Sequence record: MW630116.1
Strand: one strand, 5' to 3'
DNA length: 64,000 nt
DNA from: Escherichia phage vB_EcoM-ZQ3
Below the pieces are notes generated by a model. That model saw only the letters and a list, made by a program, of their open reading frames with translations, did not search any database and was not told where the DNA came from. Made by a program: the position numbers and the translations under genes. Shown piece by piece: positions 27,304 through 36,025 of this stretch; position 1 is the stretch's first letter; each line of letters starts with the position of its first letter.

Positions 27304-28613
27304 CATTTGATGATTTGACTGAAGGCCAGAAAAACGCCTTCAACGTTGTTATGAACGCTATTAAAGAAAAGAAACATCACGTAACTATTAATGGGCCTGC
27401 TGGTACAGGTAAAACAACCCTTACTAGATTCATCGTTGAAGCCCTTATTTCTTCTGGAGAATCAGGTATTATTTTAGCAGCCCCTACACACGCCGCTAAA
27501 AAGGTTCTAAGCAAACTTGCAGGTCAAGAAGCATCGACTATTCATAGCATTCTTAAAATCAACCCAACTACATACGAAGAAAACGTATTGTTTGAACAGA
27601 AAAAGGTTCCCGACTTAGCCTTGTGTCGTGTACTGTTATTTGATGAAGCGTCAATGTGCGACCGTTCTCTGTTTAAAATAATGTTAGCTAGTATCCCTAA
27701 ATGGTGCACAGTAATTGGAATCGGCGACCGATGTCAAATTCGACCGGTAGACCCAGGCGAATCAACTGCGTATCTAAGTCCTTTCTTCACTCACAAAGAC
27801 TTCGTGCAATGCAACCTTACAGAAGTTAAACGTAGTAATGCACCAATTATTGATGTTGCGACTGATATTCGTAATGGCAAATGGATTTACGATAAAGTAG
27901 TTGATGGACACGGTGTTCATGGATATACAGACCTTAAATCGTATATGATGAACTATTTTAACGTCGTTAAAACTCCTGAAGACCTTTTCGAAAATCGAAT
28001 GATGGCATTCACAAATAAGTCGGTGGACAAGTTAAATTCAATTATTCGCCGAAAACTTCTTGAAACAGAAAAACCATTTATTAAAGACGAAGTCATTGTT
28101 CTACAAGAGCCGTTTACTAAGACATATAAGCTAGATGGTAAAAATATGACCGAAATGCTTTTCAATAACGGCCAATTCGTTCGTATTCGAGATGCTGTAG
28201 AAACGTCTACATTCGTTAAAGCACATGGTGTTTCAGGCGAATATATGATACGATACTGGAATCTTACAGTAGAAACATATGGGGATGATGAAGAATACAT
28301 CCGCGAAGATATAAAGGTTATTTCTTCTGAAGAAGAGCTTTATAAATTCAATTTGTTTTTGGCTAAGACCGCAGAAACATACAAATTTTGGAATAAAGGT
28401 GGTAAAGCTCCATGGAGCGAATTCTGGGATGCTAAACGTATGTTCACTAAGGTGAAGGCACTACCAGTATCGACCTTCCATAAGGCCCAGGGTATGTCTG
28501 TTGACACGGCCTTTGTTTATACACCGTGTATCCATTACGCCGATTCAGAATTAGCTAAACAGTTATTGTATGTCGGCACAACTCGTGGTCGGTTTGACGT
28601 CCATTTTATTTGA
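27300..28613 (+). CDS. dda: SF1 DNA helicase Dda
   Basis: 437 aa; Walker A GPAGTGKTT; N-terminus matches recalled T4 Dda. Confidence 0.95.
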   Translation: MTFDDLTEGQKNAFNVVMNAIKEKKHHVTINGPAGTGKTTLTRFIVEALISSGESGIILAAPTHAAKKVLSKLAGQEASTIHSILKINPTTYEENVLFEQKKVPDLALCRVLLFDEASMCDRSLFKIMLASIPKWCTVIGIGDRCQIRPVDPGESTAYLSPFFTHKDFVQCNLTEVKRSNAPIIDVATDIRNGKWIYDKVVDGHGVHGYTDLKSYMMNYFNVVKTPEDLFENRMMAFTNKSVDKLNSIIRRKLLETEKPFIKDEVIVLQEPFTKTYKLDGKNMTEMLFNNGQFVRIRDAVETSTFVKAHGVSGEYMIRYWNLTVETYGDDEEYIREDIKVISSEEELYKFNLFLAKTAETYKFWNKGGKAPWSEFWDAKRMFTKVKALPVSTFHKAQGMSVDTAFVYTPCIHYADSELAKQLLYVGTTRGRFDVHFI

Positions 28614-28622
28614 GAGAAAATT

Positions 28623-29300
28623 ATGAGCACTGATGTTATTATAGATTTTGAAACATTCGGCAATACATCAAAAGCGGCTGTTATTGACCTTGCGGTTATT
28701 GCATATAATTCCGACCCTGAAGTTGTTGAATCATTTGAAGAACTTGTTCAACGAGGTAAGCGAATTAAATTTAATTTAGCTTCTCAGAAAGGGAAGCGAG
28801 TTTTCGCTAAATCCACTATGAAATGGTGGAAAGAACAATCGGCTGAAGCACGTAAAAACTTGGCTCCGTCTGAAGACGATGTCACTACGCTTGAAGGCAT
28901 TAAAATCTTTTTAGATTATTGCCGAGCTAATAAAGTTGACCAATGGAAATCACAGATGTGGTGCCGTGGTATGAGCTTTGACTTCCCGATATTGGTCGAT
29001 TTGATTCGTGACCTCTATCGTGATGAAGGTGTTCCTGAACCAGAGATTGATACTGATAAATTAGAACCGGTTAAATTCTGGGCTCAACGTGATATTCGTA
29101 CGGCAATCGAAGCTTACTCGTTGACACGAGGATTAAGTATGTGTCCATTACCGATGGGTACGCTAAAAGGATTCGTTGCCCATGATAGTATTCATGATTG
29201 TGCTAAAGATATTTTGATGTTAAAATATGCTCAGCGTTATGCGCTTGGCCTTGAAGATGTCCCTGAGAATCCTGACCCGTTAAGTGTAAAACAGCGATAA
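28623..29300 (+). CDS. dexA: exonuclease A (DEDD family)
   Basis: 225 aa; DFETFG exonuclease motif; position after dda. Confidence 0.85.
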   Translation: MSTDVIIDFETFGNTSKAAVIDLAVIAYNSDPEVVESFEELVQRGKRIKFNLASQKGKRVFAKSTMKWWKEQSAEARKNLAPSEDDVTTLEGIKIFLDYCRANKVDQWKSQMWCRGMSFDFPILVDLIRDLYRDEGVPEPEIDTDKLEPVKFWAQRDIRTAIEAYSLTRGLSMCPLPMGTLKGFVAHDSIHDCAKDILMLKYAQRYALGLEDVPENPDPLSVKQR

Positions 29301-29305
29301 AATCA

Positions 29306-29335
29306 GTTTACAACCAAGGATGGTTGGAGTATAAT
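29306..29335 (+). promoter_or_regulatory. T4-type early promoter
   Basis: GTTTAC, 18-nt spacer, TATAAT. Confidence 0.5.
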
Positions 29336-29366
29336 CTTTCTATCTTAACCAAACAGGAAAAACATT

Positions 29367-29861
29367 ATGAATATCAATACTATGGCTACTTACATCCTGA
29401 AAGACGAAAAACAAATCAACTGGTACGGTGCTTCAGTGCGAGCTTATGAAAAGTTTTGTGAAATTTTAGGTGCCACTCAAGGTAATAGTTTCACTATTGT
29501 TAACTTCATCAAACAAGTTGAAGGCCCTTGGTTATTCTTAGAAATTAAAAATTCATATGGTACAATTTCTACTACCGCCCTTCCAAGCACCGACTTTGAA
29601 CTGTTGATTGAAGAAGCACCTGTTAAAGATGGTCTCCACTTTGATATGGATATCGCTTGTATGTACGGTACTCTGATTAAGCCTATTGAGCCTACTGATT
29701 TGTTGTGTAAAGCTGTTTCAATTCGACGACCATTCGCTGGACCGGTAAGTGGCTGGGTAACTGACCAGTGGATTGAAGATGGGGTTGAACTTCTGAACGT
29801 TGTTCATGCCGGTGATTTTAGTGTGGTTCCACGTAGTGCAGTAGTTAATATTCTAAATTAA
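29367..29861 (+). CDS. early protein, paralog family member 1
   Basis: C-terminus SGWVTDQWIEDGVELLNVVHAGDFSVVP shared with the next two ORFs. Confidence 0.75.
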   Translation: MNINTMATYILKDEKQINWYGASVRAYEKFCEILGATQGNSFTIVNFIKQVEGPWLFLEIKNSYGTISTTALPSTDFELLIEEAPVKDGLHFDMDIACMYGTLIKPIEPTDLLCKAVSIRRPFAGPVSGWVTDQWIEDGVELLNVVHAGDFSVVPRSAVVNILN

Positions 29862-29864
29862 TGT

Positions 29865-29893
29865 TTTACATCCAAGGATGGATGGAGTATAAT
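29865..29893 (+). promoter_or_regulatory. T4-type early promoter (near-duplicate of 29306-29335)
   Basis: TTTTAC, 17-nt spacer, TATAAT; spacer ccaaggatggatggag nearly identical to the upstream copy. Confidence 0.5.
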
Positions 29894-29922
29894 GAATTCA
29901 ATTTAACAAAGAGAGAAAAATT

Positions 29923-30378
29923 ATGATTACTATTGGTGAAATTAAGCGTGTATCAACTGCATCCCGGTCTAAAGCCACAGGTCGTCTGGTTGAAGTGGTA
30001 GGACTTCGCACAAATGGCATGGGACGCATTAAAGAAGTTAAAGTTCGAATCATTCCTAGTTTTGGACGTCAGGATACTCAGCACGCTTACGTAAGTCCTA
30101 AATTCTTGGAAACTCCTGTGAGCGCTCATTTTGCTTCTACTGAACCTAATGCACAGTTCAAATGGGCCTTGTGTAAAGGTGTTGAATTCCAGACTGATAA
30201 AGAATTTGACTTCATCGATGAATACGGTTATCCAAGCAAAACTGATACTATGTGTGGCTTCATTAGTGACCAATGGGTTGAAGATGGTGAAAAGTTATAC
30301 AATATCGTATTCTTAGGTGACTTCCGAGTTGTTAAAGAATCTGAAATCACTCGTTATGTGTCTCCTCGTAAAGCTTAA
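29923..30378 (+). CDS. early protein, paralog family member 2
   Basis: ASRSK..G.LVEV, FKW.L and FISDQWVEDG.KLYNIVF motifs shared with member 3. Confidence 0.75.
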   Translation: MITIGEIKRVSTASRSKATGRLVEVVGLRTNGMGRIKEVKVRIIPSFGRQDTQHAYVSPKFLETPVSAHFASTEPNAQFKWALCKGVEFQTDKEFDFIDEYGYPSKTDTMCGFISDQWVEDGEKLYNIVFLGDFRVVKESEITRYVSPRKA

Positions 30379-30387
30379 GGAATTATT

Positions 30388-30807
30388 ATGAATATTGTAA
30401 ATCTCTCTACAGGTGATTACGTATATGTATCTGTTGCTTCTCGCTCTAAAGTTGCCGGGAAGTTGGTTGAAGTTCTTTCTGTGAGTGATCCGGTTTTTGG
30501 TCGTAACCAAGTTAAAGTTCGTGACGCCGATGGTAACATTGGTTACGTTAAAAGCCAGTTCATCGAGCCAGAAGAACGCGCGTTCAAATGGAAACTGGGC
30601 AGATCAGTTTTAGTTGTAAAAGACTACGAGTTCACCATTGCCGCTGCGACAGATGGAACACCGTGGACAACGAATCAAGTTGCTGGTTTTATTTCGGACC
30701 AATGGGTAGAAGATGGTGTTAAGCTTTATAACATTGTTTTCGCTGGGCAGTTCATGGTAGTTCCTGAGTTCCAAATCAAAAAATATTGTCCAGCATCTTT
30801 TGCATAA
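30388..30807 (+). CDS. early protein, paralog family member 3
   Basis: same motifs as member 2. Confidence 0.75.
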   Translation: MNIVNLSTGDYVYVSVASRSKVAGKLVEVLSVSDPVFGRNQVKVRDADGNIGYVKSQFIEPEERAFKWKLGRSVLVVKDYEFTIAAATDGTPWTTNQVAGFISDQWVEDGVKLYNIVFAGQFMVVPEFQIKKYCPASFA

Positions 30808-30811
30808 AGTT

Positions 30812-30840
30812 GTTTACTTCTCCTCCGGTTTTGATATTAT
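30812..30840 (+). promoter_or_regulatory. T4-type early promoter
   Basis: GTTTAC, 17-nt spacer, TATTAT. Confidence 0.45.
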
Positions 30841-30866
30841 AACCATATCAACCAGAGGAGAATAAT

Positions 30867-31391
30867 ATGTTAGTTTACCGCGTAGAACGTAGTTTTTGTA
30901 CTCAACGTGAATCATTACCAGGAATTGCTATCGAAGATGGTAAAGCCGTCAGAATTTGGGAAACCTCTTGGAATAAAGAACCTCGTTCGCCGTATGGTTG
31001 GTCGGGCACCGACAACTCTGAAGAAACATGGGAGTTCCTTGATAAGCATGGAATACTCTCAGGTAACTTCTACCATCACGGCGACAACTATAATGTCCCT
31101 AATCGTCCTACAGTAAATGAAGACAAACTCCTTGAACAAAATATCTTAAGATACTATAGAATTGAGCACACATTTGAATTGAGTGAAGATTGGGCCCAAG
31201 GGTTCTATTTTGGATTTGAAAGTGTTGACGCGGTTTATGCATGGTTTGATGACCAGGTGGATGTTGAACTCTTGAAAGCTAAAGGATACTACATCGCGGT
31301 CTATGAAGCACCTGATTTCATCCTCGGAAGTTGTCAATTAATGTTTAGACGTTCATTGGCAGAACAAGTTGATTTTATTTTGCTAAAATGA
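30867..31391 (+). CDS. hypothetical protein
   Basis: 174 aa with RBS gaggag. Confidence 0.65.
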   Translation: MLVYRVERSFCTQRESLPGIAIEDGKAVRIWETSWNKEPRSPYGWSGTDNSEETWEFLDKHGILSGNFYHHGDNYNVPNRPTVNEDKLLEQNILRYYRIEHTFELSEDWAQGFYFGFESVDAVYAWFDDQVDVELLKAKGYYIAVYEAPDFILGSCQLMFRRSLAEQVDFILLK

Positions 31392-31392
31392 T

Positions 31393-31422
31393 GTACAACA
31401 ACTATGGTCTATGATACTATAG
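31393..31422 (+). promoter_or_regulatory. T4-type early promoter
   Basis: TGTACA then gatactatagacctatcaaaac leader. Confidence 0.4.
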
Positions 31423-31448
31423 ACCTATCAAAACAAGAGGAGAATATT

Positions 31449-31676
31449 ATGAAACGTCAAATCATTAAAAACGTAACTACTGATTCAAACATCGATGAGT
31501 TTGAAGATGTTCTGTTTAATCCTGATTTAGTTGTTGTACAGAAAAACTGGACCGAATTTTTATGCTACACTGAAGTGGTTTACGTTTACGAAAAACTCGG
31601 CGATGAAATGCCTATCTATGGTATCTTCCGTGAAATCACTGAAAACGGTACAACTTATTGGAAGGAAACTTACTAA
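31449..31676 (+). CDS. hypothetical small protein
   Basis: 75 aa from ATG 31449 after RBS gaggag. Confidence 0.55.
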   Translation: MKRQIIKNVTTDSNIDEFEDVLFNPDLVVVQKNWTEFLCYTEVVYVYEKLGDEMPIYGIFREITENGTTYWKETY

Positions 31677-32089
31677 TGGCTAATAAATTCCGCGTTAACT
31701 CATGGTACCAATTTATAGATAAACGTGCCCAAGAAGAGTTTATTAAAGACCACACTGATAATGGGATTTATGCACGACGTCTTGGCATGGAACCATTTAA
31801 AGTATTAGATGTTGACCATCTTGGTCGTCCTACTAAAATTGTGACATCTACTGGCACGGTTGGATACGCAACAGGTGGTGATATCCTTGATGAAAACTTT
31901 ATCTGGCTCTCCACGAATGAAGCAGAGTTCTTTGACGAAGTTGAAAATCCATATCAAGCGTCCGAAGAGCAAGATTCTGGTGAACTTGAAGAATTGTCTG
32001 AATTTCCGGTGATGACGATTACTATCGAAAATAACGACCAGGCATGGTCTTTGTATCAAATGTTGAAAGCTCACTTTAAGGAACAATAA
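31676..32089 (+). CDS. hypothetical acidic protein
   Basis: TAATG overlap; 137 aa. Confidence 0.6.
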   Translation: MANKFRVNSWYQFIDKRAQEEFIKDHTDNGIYARRLGMEPFKVLDVDHLGRPTKIVTSTGTVGYATGGDILDENFIWLSTNEAEFFDEVENPYQASEEQDSGELEELSEFPVMTITIENNDQAWSLYQMLKAHFKEQ

Positions 32090-32268
32090 TGCCGTTATAC
32101 GACTATAAATGTCAATCTGAAGATTGTGGTCATGAATATGAAAAAATTAAAAGGATTTCTGAACGAGAAAACGATGTTTGCCCTGAATGTCATCGTCTGT
32201 CTACTCGTCGGGTTTCTGCTCCTAAACATGTGAACGGTGGTTTTTACGACTTACTTAAGAAGGGTTAA
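32089..32268 (+). CDS. small zinc-ribbon protein (FmdB-like, CxxC...CxxC)
   Basis: 59 aa, [15 protein letters not shown]...CPECH; TAATG overlap; below track size cutoff. Confidence 0.55.
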   Translation: MPLYDYKCQSEDCGHEYEKIKRISERENDVCPECHRLSTRRVSAPKHVNGGFYDLLKKG

Positions 32269-32270
32269 TT

Positions 32271-32696
32271 ATGGCTTTTAAAGGTTTTGAAGTTGGTAAG
32301 AAATATCGTATTATCAAAGGACAGGAAGATAATTTCTTGAGAATTCTTAATACGACTGGTAAACGTCTTAATACTAATCTGCATACTACTTTATTGTCCA
32401 AAGATTTTATTGTGGAAGAGATGATTGGTTACGGCGTTTCTGTGATTGCTGTAGAAGCCGTAGGCGATTATGGCCGAACTATTCATAGTATGCAAGGTGA
32501 TATTCTGCTTTATGGTGCAGAATTTAAATTCTTTGAAGAAGTTCCGGAACCAGATACAGCTGTCGATTTCAAAAAAGGCTCTATAGAATTTGTTGATGGT
32601 TCGGTGATCGTATCAGGCGATGTGGTCATTACAGTTAAAAGTGAACAAGGGCGTTTGGCTGCAATTGATGCACTTCAGAAAATTAAATTTAAATAA
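32271..32696 (+). CDS. hypothetical early protein (141 aa, same size and position as T4 goF)
   Basis: synteny immediately upstream of gene 39. Confidence 0.65.
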   Translation: MAFKGFEVGKKYRIIKGQEDNFLRILNTTGKRLNTNLHTTLLSKDFIVEEMIGYGVSVIAVEAVGDYGRTIHSMQGDILLYGAEFKFFEEVPEPDTAVDFKKGSIEFVDGSVIVSGDVVITVKSEQGRLAAIDALQKIKFK

Positions 32697-32714
32697 GGGC
32701 TTCGGCCCTTTTTG
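32697..32714 (+). terminator. rho-independent terminator
   Basis: gggc-ttcg-gccc followed by T5. Confidence 0.75.
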
Positions 32715-32737
32715 CTTTAGATTTCGGATGATAGAAT
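32711..32737 (+). promoter_or_regulatory. MotA-dependent middle promoter upstream of gene 39
   Basis: perfect Mot box TTTGCTTTA 32711-32719, 12-nt gap, TAGAAT -10. Confidence 0.55.
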
Positions 32738-32759
32738 ACCTTCATAACGAGGAGACAAC

Positions 32760-34577
32760 ATGATTAAAAATGAAATTAAGGTATTGTCAGATGTAGAACA
32801 TATTAAGAAACGCAGTGGCATGTATATTGGTTCTTCGGCCAAAGAAGCCCACGAGCGTTTTTTGTTTGGTAAATATCAACAAGTTGAATATGTTCCTGGT
32901 CTGGTTAAATTAATCGATGAGATTATTGACAACTCGGTTGATGAAGCTATTCGTACATCATTTAAGTTTGCAAATAAAATTGATGTGCAAATTAAAAATA
33001 ATCAAGTTTCGGTGGAAGATAACGGACGTGGTATTCCTCAAGGTTTAGTTACCGACCAAACAGGTGAACAAATTCCTGGGCCTGTAGCAGCCTGGACTAT
33101 TCCAAAGGCTGGTGGTAACTTTGGCGATGACTCTGAACGCAAGACTGGTGGTATGAACGGCGTCGGGAGTAGTTTAACTAATATCTTCTCTACGTTGTTT
33201 ACAGGCATCACGTCAGATGGCGAAAATGAAATCACTGTTAACTGTTCAAACGGAATGGAAAACAAATCATGGTCTTCTAAGAAATCTAAAGGTAAAGGCA
33301 CTAAAGTAATCTTCACTCCTGATTTCACTTCATTTGAAGAGCATAATTTATCTCAAATTTATTTAGATATTACTTTAGACCGACTTCAAACATTGGCAGT
33401 CGTTTATCCTGATATCAAGTTCACATTTAATGGTAAAAAGGTTGATGGTAATTTTAAACGATTTGCTAAACAATTTGGTGAAGATAACATCATTCAAGAA
33501 AATGATAAAGTCTCTATAGCATTCACAACATCACCAGATGGCTTCCGTCATTTAACTTATGTGAATAACATCCATACTAAAAATGGTGGTCATCATGTTG
33601 AATGTGTAATGGATGATATCTGCGAACATCTTTTGCCCGGCATTAAAAAGAAATATAAGGGTATTGAAGTCACTAAAGCTCGTGTTAAAGAATGCCTCAC
33701 AATGTTGATGTTTATTAGAGACATGAGCAACATGCGTTTTGATTCTCAGACTAAAGAACGTTTAACGTCAACGTATGGTGATATTCGTAATCATATCCAA
33801 TTAGATGCTAAGAAAATTGCTCAGGCACTTCTTAAAAACGAAGCCTTGATTATGCCTATTGTTGAAGCAGCATTAGCTCGTAAATTGGCGGCAGAAAAGG
33901 CTGCAGAAACTAAAGCAGCTAAAAAGGCAACTAAAGCTAAGGTTCATAAGCATATTAAAGCTAACCAATGTGGTAAAGATGCAGATACGACATTGTTTTT
34001 AACAGAAGGTGATTCGGCAATTGGTTATCTCATTGATGTTCGTGACCGTGAACTACACGGCGGATTCCCATTACGTGGTAAGGTGATGAATAGCTGGGGT
34101 ATGTCATATGCTGATATGATGAAGAACAAAGAGCTCTTTGATATCTGTGCTATCACAGGTCTTATTCTTGGTGAAAAGGCAGAGAATACAAACTATCGTA
34201 ATATTGCAATTATGACCGATGCCGATCATGACGGTCTTGGAAGTATTTATCCGGCTTTGCTTGCTTTCTTTAGTAATTGGCCTGAATTGTTTGAACAAGG
34301 ACGTATTCGCTTTGTTAAAACGCCTGTAATTATTGCACAAATTGGCAAAACTCAAAAATGGTTTTATACTGTAGCTGAGTATGAAGAAGCTAAAGATACA
34401 CTGCCTAAGCATAGTATTCGATACATCAAGGGATTAGGCTCCCTTGAAAAGTCAGAATATCGTGAAATGATTCAGAACCCTGTGTACGACGTAGTTAAAC
34501 TTCCTGAAAATTGGAAAGAACTCTTTGAAATGTTGATGGGTGATGATTCAGAACTTCGTAAAGAATGGATGTCCTAA
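32760..34577 (+). CDS. 39: DNA topoisomerase II large subunit, GyrB-like ATPase; uninterrupted (covers both T4 gp39 and gp60 segments)
   Basis: 605 aa; GHKL ATPase N-terminus; toprim region; single continuous ORF. Confidence 0.92.
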   Translation: MIKNEIKVLSDVEHIKKRSGMYIGSSAKEAHERFLFGKYQQVEYVPGLVKLIDEIIDNSVDEAIRTSFKFANKIDVQIKNNQVSVEDNGRGIPQGLVTDQTGEQIPGPVAAWTIPKAGGNFGDDSERKTGGMNGVGSSLTNIFSTLFTGITSDGENEITVNCSNGMENKSWSSKKSKGKGTKVIFTPDFTSFEEHNLSQIYLDITLDRLQTLAVVYPDIKFTFNGKKVDGNFKRFAKQFGEDNIIQENDKVSIAFTTSPDGFRHLTYVNNIHTKNGGHHVECVMDDICEHLLPGIKKKYKGIEVTKARVKECLTMLMFIRDMSNMRFDSQTKERLTSTYGDIRNHIQLDAKKIAQALLKNEALIMPIVEAALARKLAAEKAAETKAAKKATKAKVHKHIKANQCGKDADTTLFLTEGDSAIGYLIDVRDRELHGGFPLRGKVMNSWGMSYADMMKNKELFDICAITGLILGEKAENTNYRNIAIMTDADHDGLGSIYPALLAFFSNWPELFEQGRIRFVKTPVIIAQIGKTQKWFYTVAEYEEAKDTLPKHSIRYIKGLGSLEKSEYREMIQNPVYDVVKLPENWKELFEMLMGDDSELRKEWMS

Positions 34578-34604
34578 GCTCCTTCGGGAGCTTCATTTTA
34601 ATTT
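34577..34604 (+). terminator. terminator hairpin after gene 39
   Basis: agctcc-ttcg-ggagct then T-rich tract. Confidence 0.55.
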
Positions 34605-34619
34605 TAATAAGGCTTAATT

Positions 34620-35720
34620 ATGAAAGTTATGTTTATCCCATCTCGTGCAGTCCCATTTAATCCTGACCGTGTACAAGGTGGTCTTGAAGCAGTACATTTA
34701 AATGTGTTGAAATATCTTGTGTCCATCGGTGCTGATATTGATTATATCGGTTTTGATAATGACACATTTGGTGATTGGAAGGTTAATCATCATCCTGTTG
34801 GTCATCTGACTAAATTCAGTCTAGGTATGAGTTATACTATGGCTCGTAAGATTGTTGAACTAGCCGGCATCCATGAATACGATTTTGTTGTTACTATGGA
34901 AACGACTAAACTAACCGTTCAGGCAATTAAAGACGCAGGTCTCTCTAAAGTTCATAAGAATTTTATGGCAACACCATTTGAACCGGTATCTCGTGGCATT
35001 GTTCAAATTTGGGACCAGACTATTCAAATTCATAAGAATGGTGGTAAGAGTTATGCTCCTACTAAAGCCTTCCGTGAATTTGAACGCAAATATTGTTATA
35101 TGACTTCAGGTCTGACTGACAAAATTGATTACGATTATTGGCGAGCAAATCCGTTGTTTGAAGCCGAAGATTATCCGGTTATTTGTTTGAATGAGAAACC
35201 TGAAGTTCTTCCGGCGACTGATCTGATTATTAGTGCACAACGTTATGACACTAAAATGCGTCGTACTGATGTTGCTCTTGAAGCGATTAAAGCACTAGGC
35301 GAAAATGGTGTAGGATACTGTCCTAGTAAATGGGCACCACCGGCTAAGTATCCTGTTATTATTGATGCTCCACACAGTGAAATCATGGAACGTCTTAAAA
35401 CAGCTAAAGCACTTATCAATACGTGTCCTGACACGGGTACGGTAGAGAATAGTTCTATTGAAGCCATCTCTAAAGGTGTCCCTGTGATTCAGTTAGTTTT
35501 TAAGGATTATCCGCACGCGACATTCGAATATGACCCAGATACTGTGCGTGTAGAAATTGATTCCTCTACTCCTAAGAAAGAAGTAGTTGCGCTTTACACA
35601 AAAGCGGTATTAGAATTCACTGACACATACGAAGCTCGAGTTAAACGTGCTGAAGCAGTATGGAAGAAGTATAACCGAGATGCGGTTGTTGCGATGTGGG
35701 ATAAAATCTTCACAGCGTAA
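34620..35720 (+). CDS. putative GT-B-fold glycosyltransferase (candidate DNA sugar transferase)
   Basis: N-terminal GGLEAVHLNVLKYL; C-terminal GTVENSSIEAISKGVPVI resembles the GT4-type EX7E/donor-binding segment. Confidence 0.7.
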   Translation: MKVMFIPSRAVPFNPDRVQGGLEAVHLNVLKYLVSIGADIDYIGFDNDTFGDWKVNHHPVGHLTKFSLGMSYTMARKIVELAGIHEYDFVVTMETTKLTVQAIKDAGLSKVHKNFMATPFEPVSRGIVQIWDQTIQIHKNGGKSYAPTKAFREFERKYCYMTSGLTDKIDYDYWRANPLFEAEDYPVICLNEKPEVLPATDLIISAQRYDTKMRRTDVALEAIKALGENGVGYCPSKWAPPAKYPVIIDAPHSEIMERLKTAKALINTCPDTGTVENSSIEAISKGVPVIQLVFKDYPHATFEYDPDTVRVEIDSSTPKKEVVALYTKAVLEFTDTYEARVKRAEAVWKKYNRDAVVAMWDKIFTA

Positions 35721-35812
35721 ATCCTGAATCGCCTGAGGCACTATTACACATAAGATGATAGATTATATGGTCTTTAGTAATAGTGCCCTAGGAATCTACT
35801 GAAGAGAATATT

Positions 35813-36013
35813 ATGAGAACATATAACGTGGACTTGGAACTTTTTGATAAAGCAGTGCTCCGGGAATTCCGGCTTATCCAAAGATTTTTTGATATCGAGT
35901 CAGCAGAGTCCTTTAAAGAACGCTTTAAAGAAATTCGATATAAAATACAAACCGATACAGCTACTAAAGAAGAACTTCTTGAAGTAGCAGAAATTTTTAA
36001 ACGTAACTTGTGA
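35813..36013 (+). CDS. hypothetical small protein (rIIA.1 position)
   Basis: 66 aa upstream of rIIA. Confidence 0.55.
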   Translation: MRTYNVDLELFDKAVLREFRLIQRFFDIESAESFKERFKEIRYKIQTDTATKEELLEVAEIFKRNL

Positions 36014-36025
36014 TGAGAGAAAAAT

